Positions 12,501-26,500 are shown, numbered from the stretch's first letter. The stretch is 64,000 nucleotides of DNA from Balanoglossus misakiensis (GCA_040954595.2 CM082593.2:3985434-4049433), one strand, 5' to 3'. The notes: generated by a model from the letters alone, not told the origin. Translations and numbers: made by a program.

Positions 12501-15500
12501 CCTCTTCAATTCGCGGTAGGTTTATAGGTTATTATTTCCACGAAGTGTAATCTAAATCTGTTAAGCCGGTGGTGCAATTCCCCTCTTAAGCATCGGTGAC
12601 GCCATATTCGCAGAATTTGTAAGCCTTTGCGTCTTAAATTTGCCGTTTTACGCTGATAGGGATCTTATCTGTAATCAGCAGCATATATTTAATGTGACCG
12701 CAGTTCAAAATATTATACACATATATGTACAACGTGTAGTGTCGGTACATATTATGCTTCAAGATGTATCTACTAATATTCAAATACCCCAAGGTGTATA
12801 TCGACTGGAAGAATATTCCATTGCAATGTATAAGCACGTACCTGTGTAAGAACTGATGCGTTTCTATTTAAAGTGGTGCGGTAGCTGTCTTCGCTAAATT
12901 TAAAAGGCACTTCTTTGAAATCAACGACAACGTCGAAAGTAATACTGGCAGATATTTCACTCCTGGCGCGGTACTTGTTGTCTGTAAATGTCACTGCGAG
13001 AGGGCATATCTTATGGTGGTATGACACTGGGGACTTCAAGGCGAGTTCTGTAATATTAACACAAGTAAACACGTGAAACATCCTTGAGTGGGGAGAAAAA
13101 CAACTTACTTCAAAACGTTATTATTATCTAGCCATGTGTGAAATCAATTTCACGCAAATATTTCTCGTGGATATTGCATCACTGGTTATGCATCCAGGCA
13201 AATATTTACCCCGGGTTATTACATCGAATGGTGTTATACAAGTACATCAAATCTACGCAAAATGATTTCCCTAGATATTACACCATTACCTGTTAATTTA
13301 CCAACTGCAAATCACAAGCTTTTGGGAAAATTGATTATAAATACCGGCGGAAACAGGTGAGGGTGCCCCTGGGATTTATCGGACCGCTTGAGAATCCATA
13401 TCGCGGTTACCACTAACGCTGATCAGATATGGATCGCGGAAAAGGAGCAATACTCAGTTCAAGGTCGTGGCAAGATAAGAACCAAAAAAGTGGTTTACCA
13501 GGAGGGATTATTAGTTATCAAGTAGGCGGTAATCTAACACTGATGGGACGTTATGAATTTCCAGGTGTATGAGCTGTCCTTGGATTTGTATTAATTTGTA
13601 TTAAGAAACTTGGCTCTTTAGGCAAAACATGTTTTTCACTTTTCTGCGCCTTTGCACAAATACCCAAAGCTTTGCGCAATTATGGCGATGGACGGTTTGT
13701 CGCAATGGGGATCGTAACTTCCTACAATCCAACGAATAGCATGTGCCATTATTTACGGTGAAATAACGAGTACAGAGTTTGATCGCCGAGCTTACCTGGT
13801 TGCACGACTGAACGGATAATCGCCTCTCCATGGTTCTCTCCGCTGGTGTTTACTGATATTTTTCTGATTTGGAATATGTCACACTCATCGCGCCCTAGGG
13901 CGACACTGTAGTCATCAATTTGAGTGATATCTGAATCAAACACCTGCAGACCGGGAACCGAGATAATGCTTCCCTGCAAAACAATATTTAAAATAATTAT
14001 AATACAATGTTTTGCAATGGGATACCATAGGATACATTATGATACGGTACAATACGATATATGGTGTGGTGTGATGTAATATGTTGTGACGTGACGTGAC
14101 GAACACCTTATTGTAATGTAATGCTTACCTTGTCTCTACTATCTGTAATGTGTGCGACCAACTGCACATTCCCGTTCGGCACACTCGGACCATTAGCATC
14201 AACATCCATCATGCGTACTTCAATTTCTAAACTTTGCGTTTCATTACTCTGATCTGCGCCAATTGCTTTACATGTTATATTAAATGTGTAAAGATCAAGG
14301 TCGTCCACGGCTGGGATGCTCGTCGTTATAAGATCCCCCGTTGTTGGAGCAATTTCAAATGGTAAATCTGCAGATACTGAAAGAGATTATAGTTAATTAT
14401 AGAGACTAAAAGGCTATTTTTTCTGCACTATTTCCTACTGGTTTTGTATTCATATAGTATAACGGATTATATGACTATGGTATGATTAACCAAGATCAAT
14501 AGGTTGGCATAAAGCTCTCTAATAAAGGCCATGTGGCAATCATATACTAGAAAGAGATTATGTGATGACCAGTCAGATGTAAGGTGACGTCCACGTTGAT
14601 CGTCTTCGGGAGTTCTTTGCGTGTAGGTCGGTAGGGGTTCCTGTAATGCTATGTTAAAATGTTACCCTCCCACTTCTTTTGCTCGTGCTCTGGGAATGCG
14701 TAAAGAGACGGCGTGATCGTTGGGAATCGCTATCATAGACTTTACTTCAGAAACATTCATAGCTTGATACCTTTGTCGATGTCATAGAAAGTTCTGACAT
14801 GCGGACATCCTCTCTGTTCTGTGAAAGACTTCATTGTGGCGATACGTTTTCCTTCGGCCACTCCCTTGGCGAGGAAATATTCGGTATTTTTCCCAAAGCA
14901 CACCGAACACTGTTCCGATTGTGCCTCGTCCACCGTCACAAGGACCGTGGTAGTTGCTTCTTCTATATACATATCCGTTTGTCTTGTGAGGATGGCTTTG
15001 ACAGTGAGCGAGAATGTATGCCCTAAGAATAAAACGGGACCTCGATAAGTAATTGCATTCAATCCCATCTCTCAGCCCATGATTTATAGCCCATATAAGT
15101 CTCTCCCTGATAGAGCGATGATTCACAGCCAGAAAATGCTATCAAGAATATTCTGAATGGTCTGATCTCTCTTTTTTTGCGTAATCGCTAATTACCTGCA
15201 TAATTTGACAAACGTGGCAATCCTGTATAGATTAGGTACTGTTCGTTTGAATCAAGGAATGGTCTTCCGGTGCATGGCATTTCACAAGATTCGGGAGAGG
15301 CACCTGAATCACACTCTGTAAATATGGAGGTGCAGTTGACGATAAACTCCAAACTGCCGGGACTTTGGTTGATGACGTGCAGAGGCATGATAGGCATCAA
15401 TACGTCCCAGTCCGACGGCACCTGTGTCTTGTACTGCAGCCTTGGAAAGTAAAGACCCGTAGCTGGTTCAAGAGAAGAACACAAAAACATCTATAAATTG

Positions 15501-18500
15501 CTGTGGTACAAACCAGTAATCAAACTGGAAATATTTTGCATCAACTGAGGTTAGCGTCATGGCTAAGTTTATACATGCTCCGTATATGCGAAGTATAGCA
15601 TGGCCATATAACAAACTGATATTTCCTGTTCTCAAAGACATCAAGAAGTAATGGAGTAGAAATGTCCAAACAATGTGTTTGCGGATAAGTTTCATATTAC
15701 TAGTAACGATTATTATTGTTACTCGATTGATCCGGAGACTCTGTATAAAACATGGTACACTATTGATAACTCATATAAATTATGGGAGATTGAAGGGACT
15801 TGGGTGCTTGGGTAGGGTAATCTCGACGTCGATAGCAGCTGTACCTTTGCCATAAAGACAAAGTGAACCCACGTTTTATCTTACAAAACAATAATATTGA
15901 GTATCACCAAAACGTGCAACTTCCCTTTATGATTATTTTAGTGAATAGTTCGTTAGTGTTTCTTTTGACTGTCGGATGGAGTATAAGACTTTAGACCAAT
16001 ATGTTAGAAGGGCGTATTTAAATACGGTCGTTTTTGATTTCACGACACATAAAGAAAATGTACACAGCATTCTTGCGAAACCCTCGCTTGAACCCTGAGG
16101 GATTCATAATCCCAAATTAAAAATTATTGCGCAAAGCTTATAATTCCCAAATGACTCGCGATTAATGTGGTCTCTATGAATAGGTTGGCCGATAATTATG
16201 ATGTAAACTAGTTTCATCGAGCAATTTGAATTTAGGAGGAATAAAGTCAGTCTGTTACACTTTCTTGACCGTACTCAGAAAATATTCATTCATTTTCAGA
16301 CAGAGTTCCCTTGATAGATTGAAGGAGCGAATAAAATTAGGCTTGGTTACAAAGTTGCGTTTGGATATTCAAAGGACGCCGTGGGTTTTATGCCCATGAC
16401 GTTTGACTTTCCCTAGGGTATTTAACCAGTGGAATATATTTCGAACGGCGCTGATTCAATTGTCATCGGTAGTCTAAATCAATCGAAATATGTTGATCGC
16501 ACAGTAATTAGGTGACACAGTTGCAAATACAATGTGACATGGATAAAATCTTTATCGACCTCATCGACGAGTTCTATACTGTTCAGTAGCTTACTGACAT
16601 CAGTGCTCGTTCACACGATATAGTCAGATCGCGATTCCTTAAAACAGAAACAAACATACACGAAATTATGATTAATCTAATATATTTAGTTGAATTTTCT
16701 TTAGACAAAGGATAGTTTGATTATTCTTCCTATTCCAATAAACCTTCTCGTTAACGGTGCTTTTTAATATATCAAGGTTTCCCATTAAAATCTGTAACGT
16801 ATATATTGGAAAACTGGTAACAGCAATCTAAAAGAGAAAGTCCATTGACATCAGCGATTATGATAATTACGTTTAAAGTATTTATGATGTTTTTTTTATG
16901 TCAGAAGCTTATGCGATTTAATGAAAAAAGTATATCATTTAGCTAACTAGGCCATGAACTTGGCAAAAGTTCTTACAAAGCAATCGCCACGTGACCCAAT
17001 TCAATTGTACGCTGGGATCACGCGGCTGAAATGTAATAAAGGCACTATGTCAAACGTCTAATGTTATATTAATGTTTCACGTGTCATTTTATTATTTTCT
17101 CTGTTCGTGGCAATTATCCTTGCTTATCTATTGCACGTATAGAGCCTTTCACCCCTGATCAGTTGATATCGGAGGGCAGAGTCAATAATACTGAAATTAC
17201 CATTTCGATTGCCGCTTTCTTGTTTATCTCGACACAATCGGTATGAGGTCCCACAGACCTGCTCGATTTCAATCAGATTCATTTTCCTTCAAGGAGAACA
17301 TTCTGTAAAAGGGTATCAGTATTTCCTATTGAAGTCTTATCAACGGGTAGAGGTCGATTTGTCCGTTGATAGGATTTCCTGGGAAGGCGTCACATCCTCT
17401 GTTAAATTGCACCAAGTGACTAAGGCATTATCTCGGTGTTATCGGAGCACACGTGGCTGGGACGTGTGTCCCCCGGACCTCTAGGTGTTTATGACACGTT
17501 TGCCTTTTCCCGGGGGTTTCAGCCATCGTTAAGAAGAAACTGACCCACTATACAGGAAGTTCTCTACCGATTATATTCCCCAGTAAACATTCTATGATAC
17601 CCCTGGATTAAATACGCCGGTTTGAAATTTTGCTTTTTAATCAGGAGGCCACATATGTCAGAATATAGGTTGAGCGGTGAAACATCATGGAATTGGCGGC
17701 GAATAATGAGATTTTATTGACCGAAGTGACATTCTGCTGTTATTGCAGCAGACGTTTAATCAGAAGCTACGAATTCATATCAGGCTGAATGCCACAGAAT
17801 TATTGTGTTCAAACCCACACATTGAAGAAGCAAAACTTATGATGTACATGCTCTAGGCGTGGAAAATCCACATTCAACCAGAGCATTGCCTGCGTGTGCC
17901 ATCCCAGTGATTGTTGCATACACTCAGATATGATGGGACCTTCAAAAAGCACTTTGGTAAATGTGCTTGAGAATAGTGACGTTTTCCTTCACTGGAAATT
18001 CGCGCTTGAAGTGCCAATTGTACTGTACTTGAATGTATGCTTTGGTGACCCGTTCGTCGCTGGCAGAAGTGGCCTTGATTAGTTCTGATGAAAAAAGGCT
18101 TTGCTTAAGATTGCAACGTCTTAGATGAACTAGTGGACCTGTTTGGGGGGACTGGGGATTCCGCTGAATGGTTTTGTTCACCGATTTTCATTTTATGTGA
18201 ATCTGTTGCCGTAGGTGTGACTTAGAATCCCATGAATATAGAAGTTAATTGCTTACTTTTGTTGATGAGCAACAATGCCGTCAGGACATACACCGCCCAT
18301 TTTTTCACCATGTCCAGATTAGGGAATATCTTGATCACGGGGATAGCGTGGGTGTAATGTTTGTCGATACATATCGGTCAATAATATTTCATTATTAACC
18401 GCCATTTCAATTGTAATTCACCGCTCAACCTATTTTAATAGCGATGTGCGTCCTATCTGATACACAAGGGACCGTGTTGTGGCATGCTCTGATTGGCGGA

Positions 18501-21500
18501 CGAAATGGATGGTTGGTGATGAAGTCACCTATAGGTGGGTGACGTGTCGCCTTTAGCCCCAAGAAAAATTAACATGATTGATGTTTCCCAGTGTAGTATG
18601 CTAATATACATGCTCCTGTATACGCACTACCTCCCTCGACCGCATTTACCCATTTTTCTCTTAGTATCTAACATTTACATCGTAAATTGTGAAAATAGCG
18701 CAGATTCTGCAAAGCACATTCCCAACGCAGATCACGTCGCTTAGCAGGTAGCTTTAATTTTAATATTGCGGAGATGATTTGGTCTGACCCACAAGGTTAC
18801 GGTTGAGATAGAGCCTCTTCCACGCACGGATTTTCGTTTTCTGTACAAAGCGCATTTGATTATATTTTTTTCCTGATACCAAAGTCACGCTTTCGTATGT
18901 GTAAATATATATCTTTACAAGTAATGGCCTAATGTCCATATAGGTCGCCTAAAAGCTGGATTTTGGTACATTGGTTTGCACTTTACTTAAAGATATGTGC
19001 TTTTAGTTATCTCTTCGCCGCGGCTTAATGCTGCGTTGTTTGTTCCAAACTGCACCATGTCACTTTTCGTTTCAGTGTTTATTTTTCTTGATGTGTCTCT
19101 GTATAATGTTTGTTAACTTCTTTTCTGTAAGTTACAAAACATATAAATGTACGCATGATGCGTATCGTTGGTTTCCATTATGTCTGTTTTAATTGTTGTA
19201 ACTTAACCCTACCGACAACTACCTTGTTACAACTAACCCAGAATTCTGCCGTCTCTCTACATTTCCAGATGGCAGATGGCTGGTTGACGTTGGCAATGTT
19301 TGCACCCTTATCAGACTTTGGTCAAACAACTTAACGTTTTCTCGATATAAAGGCGATGTGTATGCATTAGCTAATAACCTATTTCTGTATCAGCAAAGTA
19401 TTTCTTCAATCAACGTTTATGTGAATCCAGCTATTGGAAAATTCGGAAACACATCGTATGCAACAGAGATATTAGGGTATGCATTGTTTATCCAAGCTCA
19501 TCCAGAACTATGCACCATTTCGTCAATTTAGTCACTTAATGCTTAATTATAATCTGATGTTTTCAATGTCAACACTAACATAACTTTAAGGAAATCTATG
19601 AAATATGTTGTTACGAAAATGATGTCAGTAGTGTTACATGTCACGTTCGTATAACAGTTCACGATAATAAAATGACGCACATTCTGCCTCCAGTAAACAT
19701 ATTAACACTGTCTTCGTTTATAATTACATTGACATGTACATTGTGAATGTTATTATATTCTCAATTTTGCCCATTAAAGAATTAACTTAAAGTTGAATTG
19801 ACGTCATCAAATCAAGCTTATTGATTTTTTGATATGATTCTGTATGGTTATCATTACACCAAATCGTCGCTATTGTACAATGATGCTCAATACAAAGGAT
19901 CCGATAGGAAGTACATCAGCACAAAAATTATAACACCGATTTATTCACGTGTCATGGCAATTTAAATTGACGTTGTCGACGATTTCATCTCGCTCAGGGA
20001 GACCAGTGTTAATATCGCTGAGGGAAAAATCTGGCAAGTGACACGTTCAAACATCATCCCAGTTGTTACGCATTTACATGCGAAACCTGAGCGACCCCTC
20101 AAACTCAACCAAGCCTAAGCAGATGTGACCATCGGCAAATTAAGACTTCCTTGTGCCTCGCAGTTAATTCCATCTAGTTCCGGGTCTAAATATATTAATT
20201 TAACCGTACGCTGGAAGATCAGCCGGAAGACTAATTGCGGAATTTTGAAATATGCCACTGAGGTAAACGGTAGCTCATGCGTGCACGAATTGAACTCCTT
20301 CGATGCATGTATCTCTATCAAGCGGAGTGTATTTGAACACTTAGATTCTGTTGAATGAATGTACATTTTGCAAAACTGCAAACACAAAACCTAGAAACGT
20401 GTACATATAGGACTACAGTTGCTGGTGTTTGATGTTAAGAGTGATAGTACAGATACTAAGCTTTTATAGGGGCAACACCAATGACAAGACTTATTACATG
20501 CATGTACAGGGCTTAAGCTCACACATGTTTACATGCATGTCAATGCGTGGTTCCTAGAATACATTACAAACGCATGACGTCTTTGTTGGAAATCAGGTGC
20601 GGATTACACTGTCGTCAACTCAAACTACAGGCATTTGTCTTCGAGCCAGGCACAGGCGATTACTGTGTTTGTATTGTGGACACCACGCAAGAATTCGAAT
20701 GGGACGATTAGGACAAAGCGAAAATGCAACTGCAAACCAGGATAGTAACGCCATGTTGTGGCTCCGCACGAGTCTTACTGAGAATGATTGGCACAAAGTG
20801 TATTTAATGGACGACCTATTAACCTAGGAGTTTATTAAATGTTGGAGTTACAGCAGTTTCGTTTTTTACTTGTCACCTTCAGTGAACACTTAACATGTAT
20901 ATTCAAGATAAAATGAAGTTATTTTATAATAATTAACATTAAACAGTGTCACATAGTACAGCAATCATTGGTGTTAACAGTTGCAGCCTAAACAACTGAA
21001 GATTCAAGAAAAGCTTCATAAATTTGACCATATGGGATTATTAAATACACATTGATGTTCTACAAGGTATACATTGTCACAAGATGTAAATTGACCTCCA
21101 TAGCAGAAAGCTTAGGGTTTCCTTCACTAAGCGATTACTTGGTCAAAAGGGAATATGATTGATCGAGTCTGGTTTGATTTTTAACCTCAATAAAGACATA
21201 AATCATTTAGAGTGAAACCCCGGAAGAATTTTAATAATGTCTAAAATAACTGCTGTGATAATTGTAAACATGCAAAATCATGAGATAAAGCAGCCATGTT
21301 CAATATATACAGGAACCTTAACTTGTACAACAGATTGAACGTGCGCGACAAAAGCGGTTATTGCCTCATTCTTATCGATGTGCTATTTTCTTGAAATGTG
21401 TCTATGTTTAACGGGCAATAAAGCCTGAAAAAGTATTAAACTTTTTATTGGGATTGCTGAACGCAGGCACGCATGAAGTGATAGTCCATATTGCTTGGGT

Positions 21501-23533
21501 ATCACAGGCCAATAAAGACACTTGAAACATGGCTTCTACGGCGTCAGGAACATAATTAATTGTTGATGACCCCAGTAGGTAGAACCCAAAGACGGCGGCC
21601 ACACGTTTATTTGGGAAGACTGCTGTTGAATAAATCATGTTTAGAGCCCAACATGGTTTTTACTGCATGTTTGATTTATTCAGATTAGTCGTTGCGACCT
21701 GTTTTTTATTGGATAGCGCTGATTTAGTGTTACACATTTAGACAGGCTCTCTTGACCATGCGTCCTGCTCGCCTCTGAGGAATATCATATTCTACTTGAT
21801 ATTACCTGCAGTCTGAGTTTAACGTCGCGAAGAAGGAATTTACACTTTCCCGTAAAGTACACCAAAGATGAACAGTCGCATCTGCCCGTCGCCTATGCTA
21901 TCCGCCCCCTCACATCTTTTAATTCTTGCATAAAGTCGTCATCTCCAGTTACTTTTATCTAGCAGACATCTCGCCGTTGTAACCCACGAAACGTAACGGA
22001 TATACATTTTGTATATTTAATGAGTAAAAATTTGACGCCGTCAAATTAGAACCATCATATTTTGCAATACGTCAAACAAATTACTGCATTTGTCGTTGTA
22101 TATTTGTTTTTGAATTTCTAGAAAGCATCAACATACTGTAACCTATAAAAAAGATGCGAATTGCCTTGAACCGTAGTAACTGCAGGGATGGAATAGTAAT
22201 TACATATAGGGCATACATTGCCGCACTTTTGATATATACTTAGTATCGGTAAATCATACAACATACATGAAAAGAATAATTGGAAATAGATCATATGAAA
22301 ATTGCGTCTATTTTGAATAAATTGAAAGTCCATAACCAGACACAACAATTGCTATTATTAAGTGCGCGTTAATATTGATGTCCCTGAAGACGCGATCGAA
22401 AATTGTGTTGCTATAGCAGTAGGTGTCCAATATGTCACGATTTGTTTGGGCCACCTAAAGCTCCGCTACCCGAGCTTGAGATATAATTAAACCTAAGGTA
22501 AAGCCAATTAAATGGCATGTAAATGGGTCATGTGCAGATTATTGTTAGTATCTTATCAATAAATTCAAACCTAAATTCTTTTGTGGCGCATACAGATTTG
22601 TTTTAGCCAGTAAAGTACAGTGTCCGTCATTAGGTAGCGAATACAGCCTAGAGAAATCGAAGCCTCTACCTTAAAACGATCACAATATATCATTTACACT
22701 GTACCACAATAAAATATAATGTAAATTGCCAGTGAATCGATTTTGCTGAATGTTAGTAAGAACCCCCGCTAAGCAATGAGCTCATATGTAGACAAGCATG
22801 CAATTCTAGAGATCATTATTGTTAGTAATAGACAAAGTGTAACATCGGGACATTGGATAATCGACACTTTCTTTTTCTTCATAAAAATGAAGAATGCACG
22901 CGCTCATGTTAAATATATGTCATGAAATGTTACATTATGTAAAACAGATTCTTAAGTGTACAATTGTACTTGTGAATTTGGAAGATAATGAGATGTTTGT
23001 TATCTTCATTAAAAAGGAACCAAAGAACTGCCTTTCCGTGCTATAAGAAACGGGTTGTATGTGTAAAACTCGATTTTATCCAGTACACATCCAACGCGTG
23101 TGTTACTGAATTTCGCTATTGACAGAATTTAACCACGAAGTAAGTGGCAGCTTCATCTAATCCTACAAATGGTTGACAGTTGCGTGCAATGATTAAAAAC
23201 ATATTTCAGATGGAGCAACCGCGAAGACCCCATCTATGTGTCGGATAGTTAGTTACTTAGCGACCAAGGACAGTCGTATTACATCTTTCATTCCTATCAC
23301 GAAATTGCGCGGCCCTCGTAAGCGATCTTCGAAGTACCAAGGTTGTATGTAAAATACCAAGTATGATATTTTCCCGTCGGCGTCTGTTTACAGTGGCCGT
23401 CTACGGCAAGGACCGCCAGCTCTTGTTCAATGAATAGCACACCCTGTATTTATACGACTCATATGTCCTTACCTTGAAAGATGAGCCCGAAAACCAAGCA
23501 CAGGCACTTGCCGGGAGAGCATACATTCGACAT
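353..23533 (-). CDS. RET: RET receptor tyrosine kinase ortholog, 20 coding exons, about 1098 aa
   Basis: Exons 23473-23533, 15196-15462, 14771-15022, 14129-14376, 13796-13973, 12842-13047, 10919-11168, 10574-10597, 9829-10038, 9210-9452, 8341-8627, 6885-7032, 6447-6554, 5974-6188, 4905-5027, 3787-3857, 3590-3630, 2576-2672, 1402-1501, 353-520. All introns are GT-AG, phases are consistent and the total is 3297 nt. The protein has a signal peptide then GLYFP, cadherin-like Ca motifs (DVDANGP, VFDSD), the RET Cys-rich domain ([10 protein letters not shown]...CLQDC, CYC...CFC, CDSDC), a TM segment and a kinase ([35 protein letters not shown]). Confidence 0.93.
1402..1501 (-). CDS. RET: RET exon 19, end of kinase domain
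   Basis: [18 protein letters not shown]; 100 nt. Confidence 0.92.
2576..2672 (-). CDS. RET: RET exon 18
   Basis: [31 protein letters not shown]; 97 nt. Confidence 0.94.
3590..3630 (-). CDS. RET: RET exon 17
   Basis: [14 protein letters not shown]; 41 nt. Confidence 0.93.
3787..3857 (-). CDS. RET: RET exon 16
   Basis: [24 protein letters not shown]; 71 nt. Confidence 0.95.
4905..5027 (-). CDS. RET: RET exon 15, catalytic and activation loops
   Basis: [10 protein letters not shown]...[22 protein letters not shown]; 123 nt. Confidence 0.95.
5257..5424. repeat. (ACAT)n microsatellite, about 42 units
   Basis: Perfect tetranucleotide run in a RET intron. Confidence 0.98.
5974..6188 (-). CDS. 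RET: RET exon 14
   Basis: GSLRNYLRE...[20 protein letters not shown]; 215 nt. Confidence 0.93.
6274..6387. repeat. Compound pentanucleotide repeat (TATTG)n(TATGG)n
   Basis: Visible tandem run in RET intron 13. Confidence 0.95.
6447..6554 (-). CDS. RET: RET exon 13
   Basis: [23 protein letters not shown]; 108 nt. Confidence 0.93.
6885..7032 (-). CDS. RET: RET exon 12, kinase N-lobe
   Basis: [12 protein letters not shown]...GEGEFG...VAVKM; 148 nt; uses an AAG acceptor. Confidence 0.93.
7157..7787 (+). mobile_element. Truncated LTR retrotransposon: one LTR of about 612 bp plus a primer-binding site
   Basis: Ends TGTCACGGAA (7157) and TTCCGTTACA (7768) are 9/10 inverted with TG...CA termini. 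They are followed at 7770 by TGGTGGCATTGCGGGG, a PBS-like sequence. Confidence 0.6.
8341..8627 (-). CDS. RET: RET exon 11, CxxxC, transmembrane and juxtamembrane region
   Basis: CDSDCK, hydrophobic segment, then basic stop-transfer RKKRRR. Confidence 0.92.
9210..9452 (-). CDS. RET: RET exon 10, end of Cys-rich domain and stalk
   Basis: [20 protein letters not shown]; G|gtaagg donor. Confidence 0.9.
9829..10038 (-). CDS. RET: RET exon 9, cysteine-rich domain
   Basis: [17 protein letters not shown]...YSTCTP...CPNKICD...CLQDC. Confidence 0.92.
10574..10597 (-). CDS. RET: RET 24-nt microexon, (A)ETIPDNC
   Basis: ttttaaccag|CAGAAACCATCCCTGATAACTGTG|gtaagt; phase 1-1; supplies the first Cys of the Cys-rich domain. 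Confidence 0.75.
10919..11168 (-). CDS. RET: RET exon 7
   Basis: [11 protein letters not shown] motif; ttgcag acceptor and G|gtgagt donor. Confidence 0.85.
12380..12640. repeat. Degenerate tandem duplication, period about 140 bp
   Basis: ggtgaaattcccatcttaaacactggtgaagcc (12431) versus ggtgcaattcccctcttaagcatcggtgacgcc (12571); tattatttcca precedes both. Confidence 0.65.
12842..13047 (-). CDS. RET: RET exon 6
   Basis: [21 protein letters not shown], start of cadherin-like domain 4; CAG|gtacgt donor. Confidence 0.85.
13796..13973 (-). CDS. RET: RET exon 5
   Basis: ttgcag acceptor, LQVFDSD motif, G|gtaagc donor. Confidence 0.85.
14129..14376 (-). CDS. RET: RET exon 4 (in-frame alternative acceptor at 14367)
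   Basis: [12 protein letters not shown]...DVDANGP cadherin-like sequence, AAG|gtaagc donor. Confidence 0.85.
14771..15022 (-). CDS. RET: RET exon 3
   Basis: ttttattcttag acceptor, [11 protein letters not shown]...YDIDK, G|gtatca donor. Confidence 0.8.
15196..15462 (-). CDS. RET: RET exon 2, start of cadherin-like domain 1
   Basis: ccag|CT ACG GGT CTT TAC TTT (TGLYF), donor G|gtaatt. Confidence 0.85.
23473..23533 (-). CDS. RET: RET exon 1, signal peptide [20 protein letters not shown]
   Basis: ATG, hydrophobic stretch and G|gtaagg phase-1 donor that joins to (A)TGLYFP across an 8 kb first intron. Confidence 0.75.
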
Positions 23534-26500
23534 CTTACTGCAGGTATAGTGTAGTGTGGTCGCTACTCCGTAGACAAGTATAGTACTGGAAAGCTCATTC
23601 CGTAACAACCGCTGTGGAAATACACTTGCTCCGGCTATTCCTCCAATCGCCACAGATTATTTTAATATCCATATGCGTGCCAAACGATGAGAAGTCGTGC
23701 CTTTCGCGGGGAAAATACAGGTCAACTCCCGCGTATCACCCACAGAAAGCGAACGTCCTACGCCACACCACATGCAATGAGGATTACAGAGCGTCTACTG
23801 CTGTCCACAGAAAACGGGATCTCACGACACGATTCTCCTTTGTGAATATCTCGCGAGATCTCGTGTCTTCTCGTAAAACCGCTGCAGCTCGGCCGCATAA
23901 TACCCAGAATGCGGATCGGTGTCTGTTGGCAACTGCTTCATAAAGCAGCTCCTTGTGAAATTGCTCCACTGAGATATACAGTAAAACACATTTGAAGAGT
24001 GTCTAAACCCTAATAGGCTTACATCACTGCCGAAGCGTATTCCATTCTCCCCCTCGACAAATAAATTTGCTCCAAGACGTCTCATTTCCTGATGCCTAAA
24101 TGCTCAGTCTCGCGCATACAGACCCTGAAATAGTTGGCTCCAGTGTTATTGCACAACATGTCCAGCCGTACCCATCTCATTAACAATGAATTGAGCGAGG
24201 ACGTCTCCATAGTGCGAAGTTAATTATGCCTCGGCGGATCGATCACTGGCGAGCCTCGTTCAAAATTTGACGGTAACTGAAAAGTACATCACATCGCCGC
24301 AGACGTGACGTAAATACAAGATTTGCTCTTGTGGGCATAATGTTTCTTGTGATACCATCTGCTTTCTTACGTCCTAGATCTTCAGAAAAAATGTCACACT
24401 GAAAGATTAGATTCCTAAGTATTCTTGACATGACATACATGGTACTGTTAACTGTGAGCCGAATATTTACTTATTTATTTTGTATGGATATTTTTATTCT
24501 GCTAAATAGTGCAGTTGCTTTATTCTGTATTCGGTGTTTTACATATGTGCCCACAACATTACAACATTATATTCCATTGGGAGAACTATGATTTATGCTC
24601 ACACGTGTATTACATAACGGGTCAGTTTCCATATATGTACCTCGCAAAAATCTCACCATATTTTATCTGAGAATCTGATTGGCACTAACAATAAGCTAAT
24701 TAACGGCCTTAATTATCCCGCCCCCTCAGTCCTGCAACGGAAGAAACTTGCCAATAGATTGAAAAATTGCCTATGACCTTTAACGCTCGATTTCCCGTTC
24801 TGACAAGTCTCAATTACGATTATTAAGACAGTATAATGGATAATTATCCTCTTAAAGGCAATTGATGATGTTTTCATAATGTCACGTTTACGTTTGCTCA
24901 CCAATACATGGGCTTTAAGGCGATTTTGAATTTTCAGCGAATGTCGCGCATTTAATCATATCCATAGCGGGAATCCAACTATGTCAAGTTGTGTAGTTTA
25001 GAACGTTGGGTGGCTAAAATTAGTATGGATTGGACACTTGACGAAAAATCAGACGGCAGTGTATTTCTTGGCAATTAGGCCTGTGCTGTCTGCCGATCTC
25101 TCTCAATGCACTACTTTGTATGACCGAATACATTGGCTGACCTTATACCATATGTGACTATATAGATTTCAGCGTGGGCTTATACGGGAGGGCGGCGTGC
25201 TCAAAGGTTCGATGTCGAACGCGGAGAGGTGTGAGAAAAGGGATAAACGAAGTGAATCCTTGGAAACCAACATGATTAGATCATCTGAAAATGTCAAGAA
25301 GTAGTGGCGCCAAATTATTTCTCCTCTGAGAGTATGTAGAACTCTTACGGCGATACACTTGTTACACCTCTGCCGTGGTTGAAGAGTTAGACTTATTCCT
25401 ATTTGGACGACACAAAATCTGCGACGACGTCATTTTAATTCGTGTGCTCACGTCAAGAGATATGTCCCTTTAAAGCTCTATAAGATAAGGCTGGGTTTGT
25501 GTTGATGTTGGCCAGTGTGAAACCAAATATACCTGATAGGGTATAAGTCACACTTGTTTGCACCAACTCCCTCCTTTGGCAATTATGCAAATTTCACTGC
25601 TGCTATTACTACCAAATCTAATTTCTCTAGAGTAAAAGGTGAAGGCACTGCGTTACACCATAATTACCATATTATGTCGTCGTTTTCACTAGTAATCTTT
25701 CGAAGGGCAATACTTCTATTGAAAGAAGCGGTTATTTTAAAATCATGCCATTGTATACATGGTATAGATAATCTATAAAAGGAACTATGGCATTTCGTTC
25801 AGAGTAAACATGTTCCAGTAATACTATAGTTGGTTGTGCATGTACAATGCAGATCCATCATTTTATTGTGGTCCATGGATAAACTCCAGAGGCAAGAAAA
25901 GTAGGTATCTGCATGACGGACAATCGGCCGTTGGTGCTGCTTGTATTCCGTCCATATTGTTTTGTTGCATTCTAACCATTGACAAGAGTGTTCGCATATC
26001 TTAATTCCCTAGCCTTGTAATAGATCAATTTATCGATTTATGTCTACAATTCGCCAGGGACCTATTATGTCTCCACTGGTATTAGCCAAATGAATATAAA
26101 TTCCCTTCATGCTCACTTTAGATTTATTACGGATGTGCCGTCCATGCAGTGTAGTGATGGGACCATTAATAACACGGATACTCTAAATTTAGATTATGGA
26201 TAATATTTATGTTTTATGTCACTTCCTATTTATTCCTGTCCAATGTGACCAATAAACCGATTCTGTAATTCATAGTTTAATATGCAATTCGGTTGGGATA
26301 AATCATAGGGAGATTGTTACTGAACATGGAATTTATTCACATTTTCGTTTACAGTAAAGGAAAATCAACTCAAATCAACTATTTAAATTTCTATTTTGTT
26401 CAGTGGCCCTGCATCTTAAAGATGTTTGAAGGAAAACATAGTGTATCTAGGGAACCTAAGACGCGCCAGATTGTATCAAACAGCAGAATATAAAGAGCAT

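Noticed and set aside
14782-15126. 114-aa minus-strand ORF overlapping RET exon 3
   Set aside because: Wrong frame for the flanking exon phases; the acceptor at 15023 explains the region.
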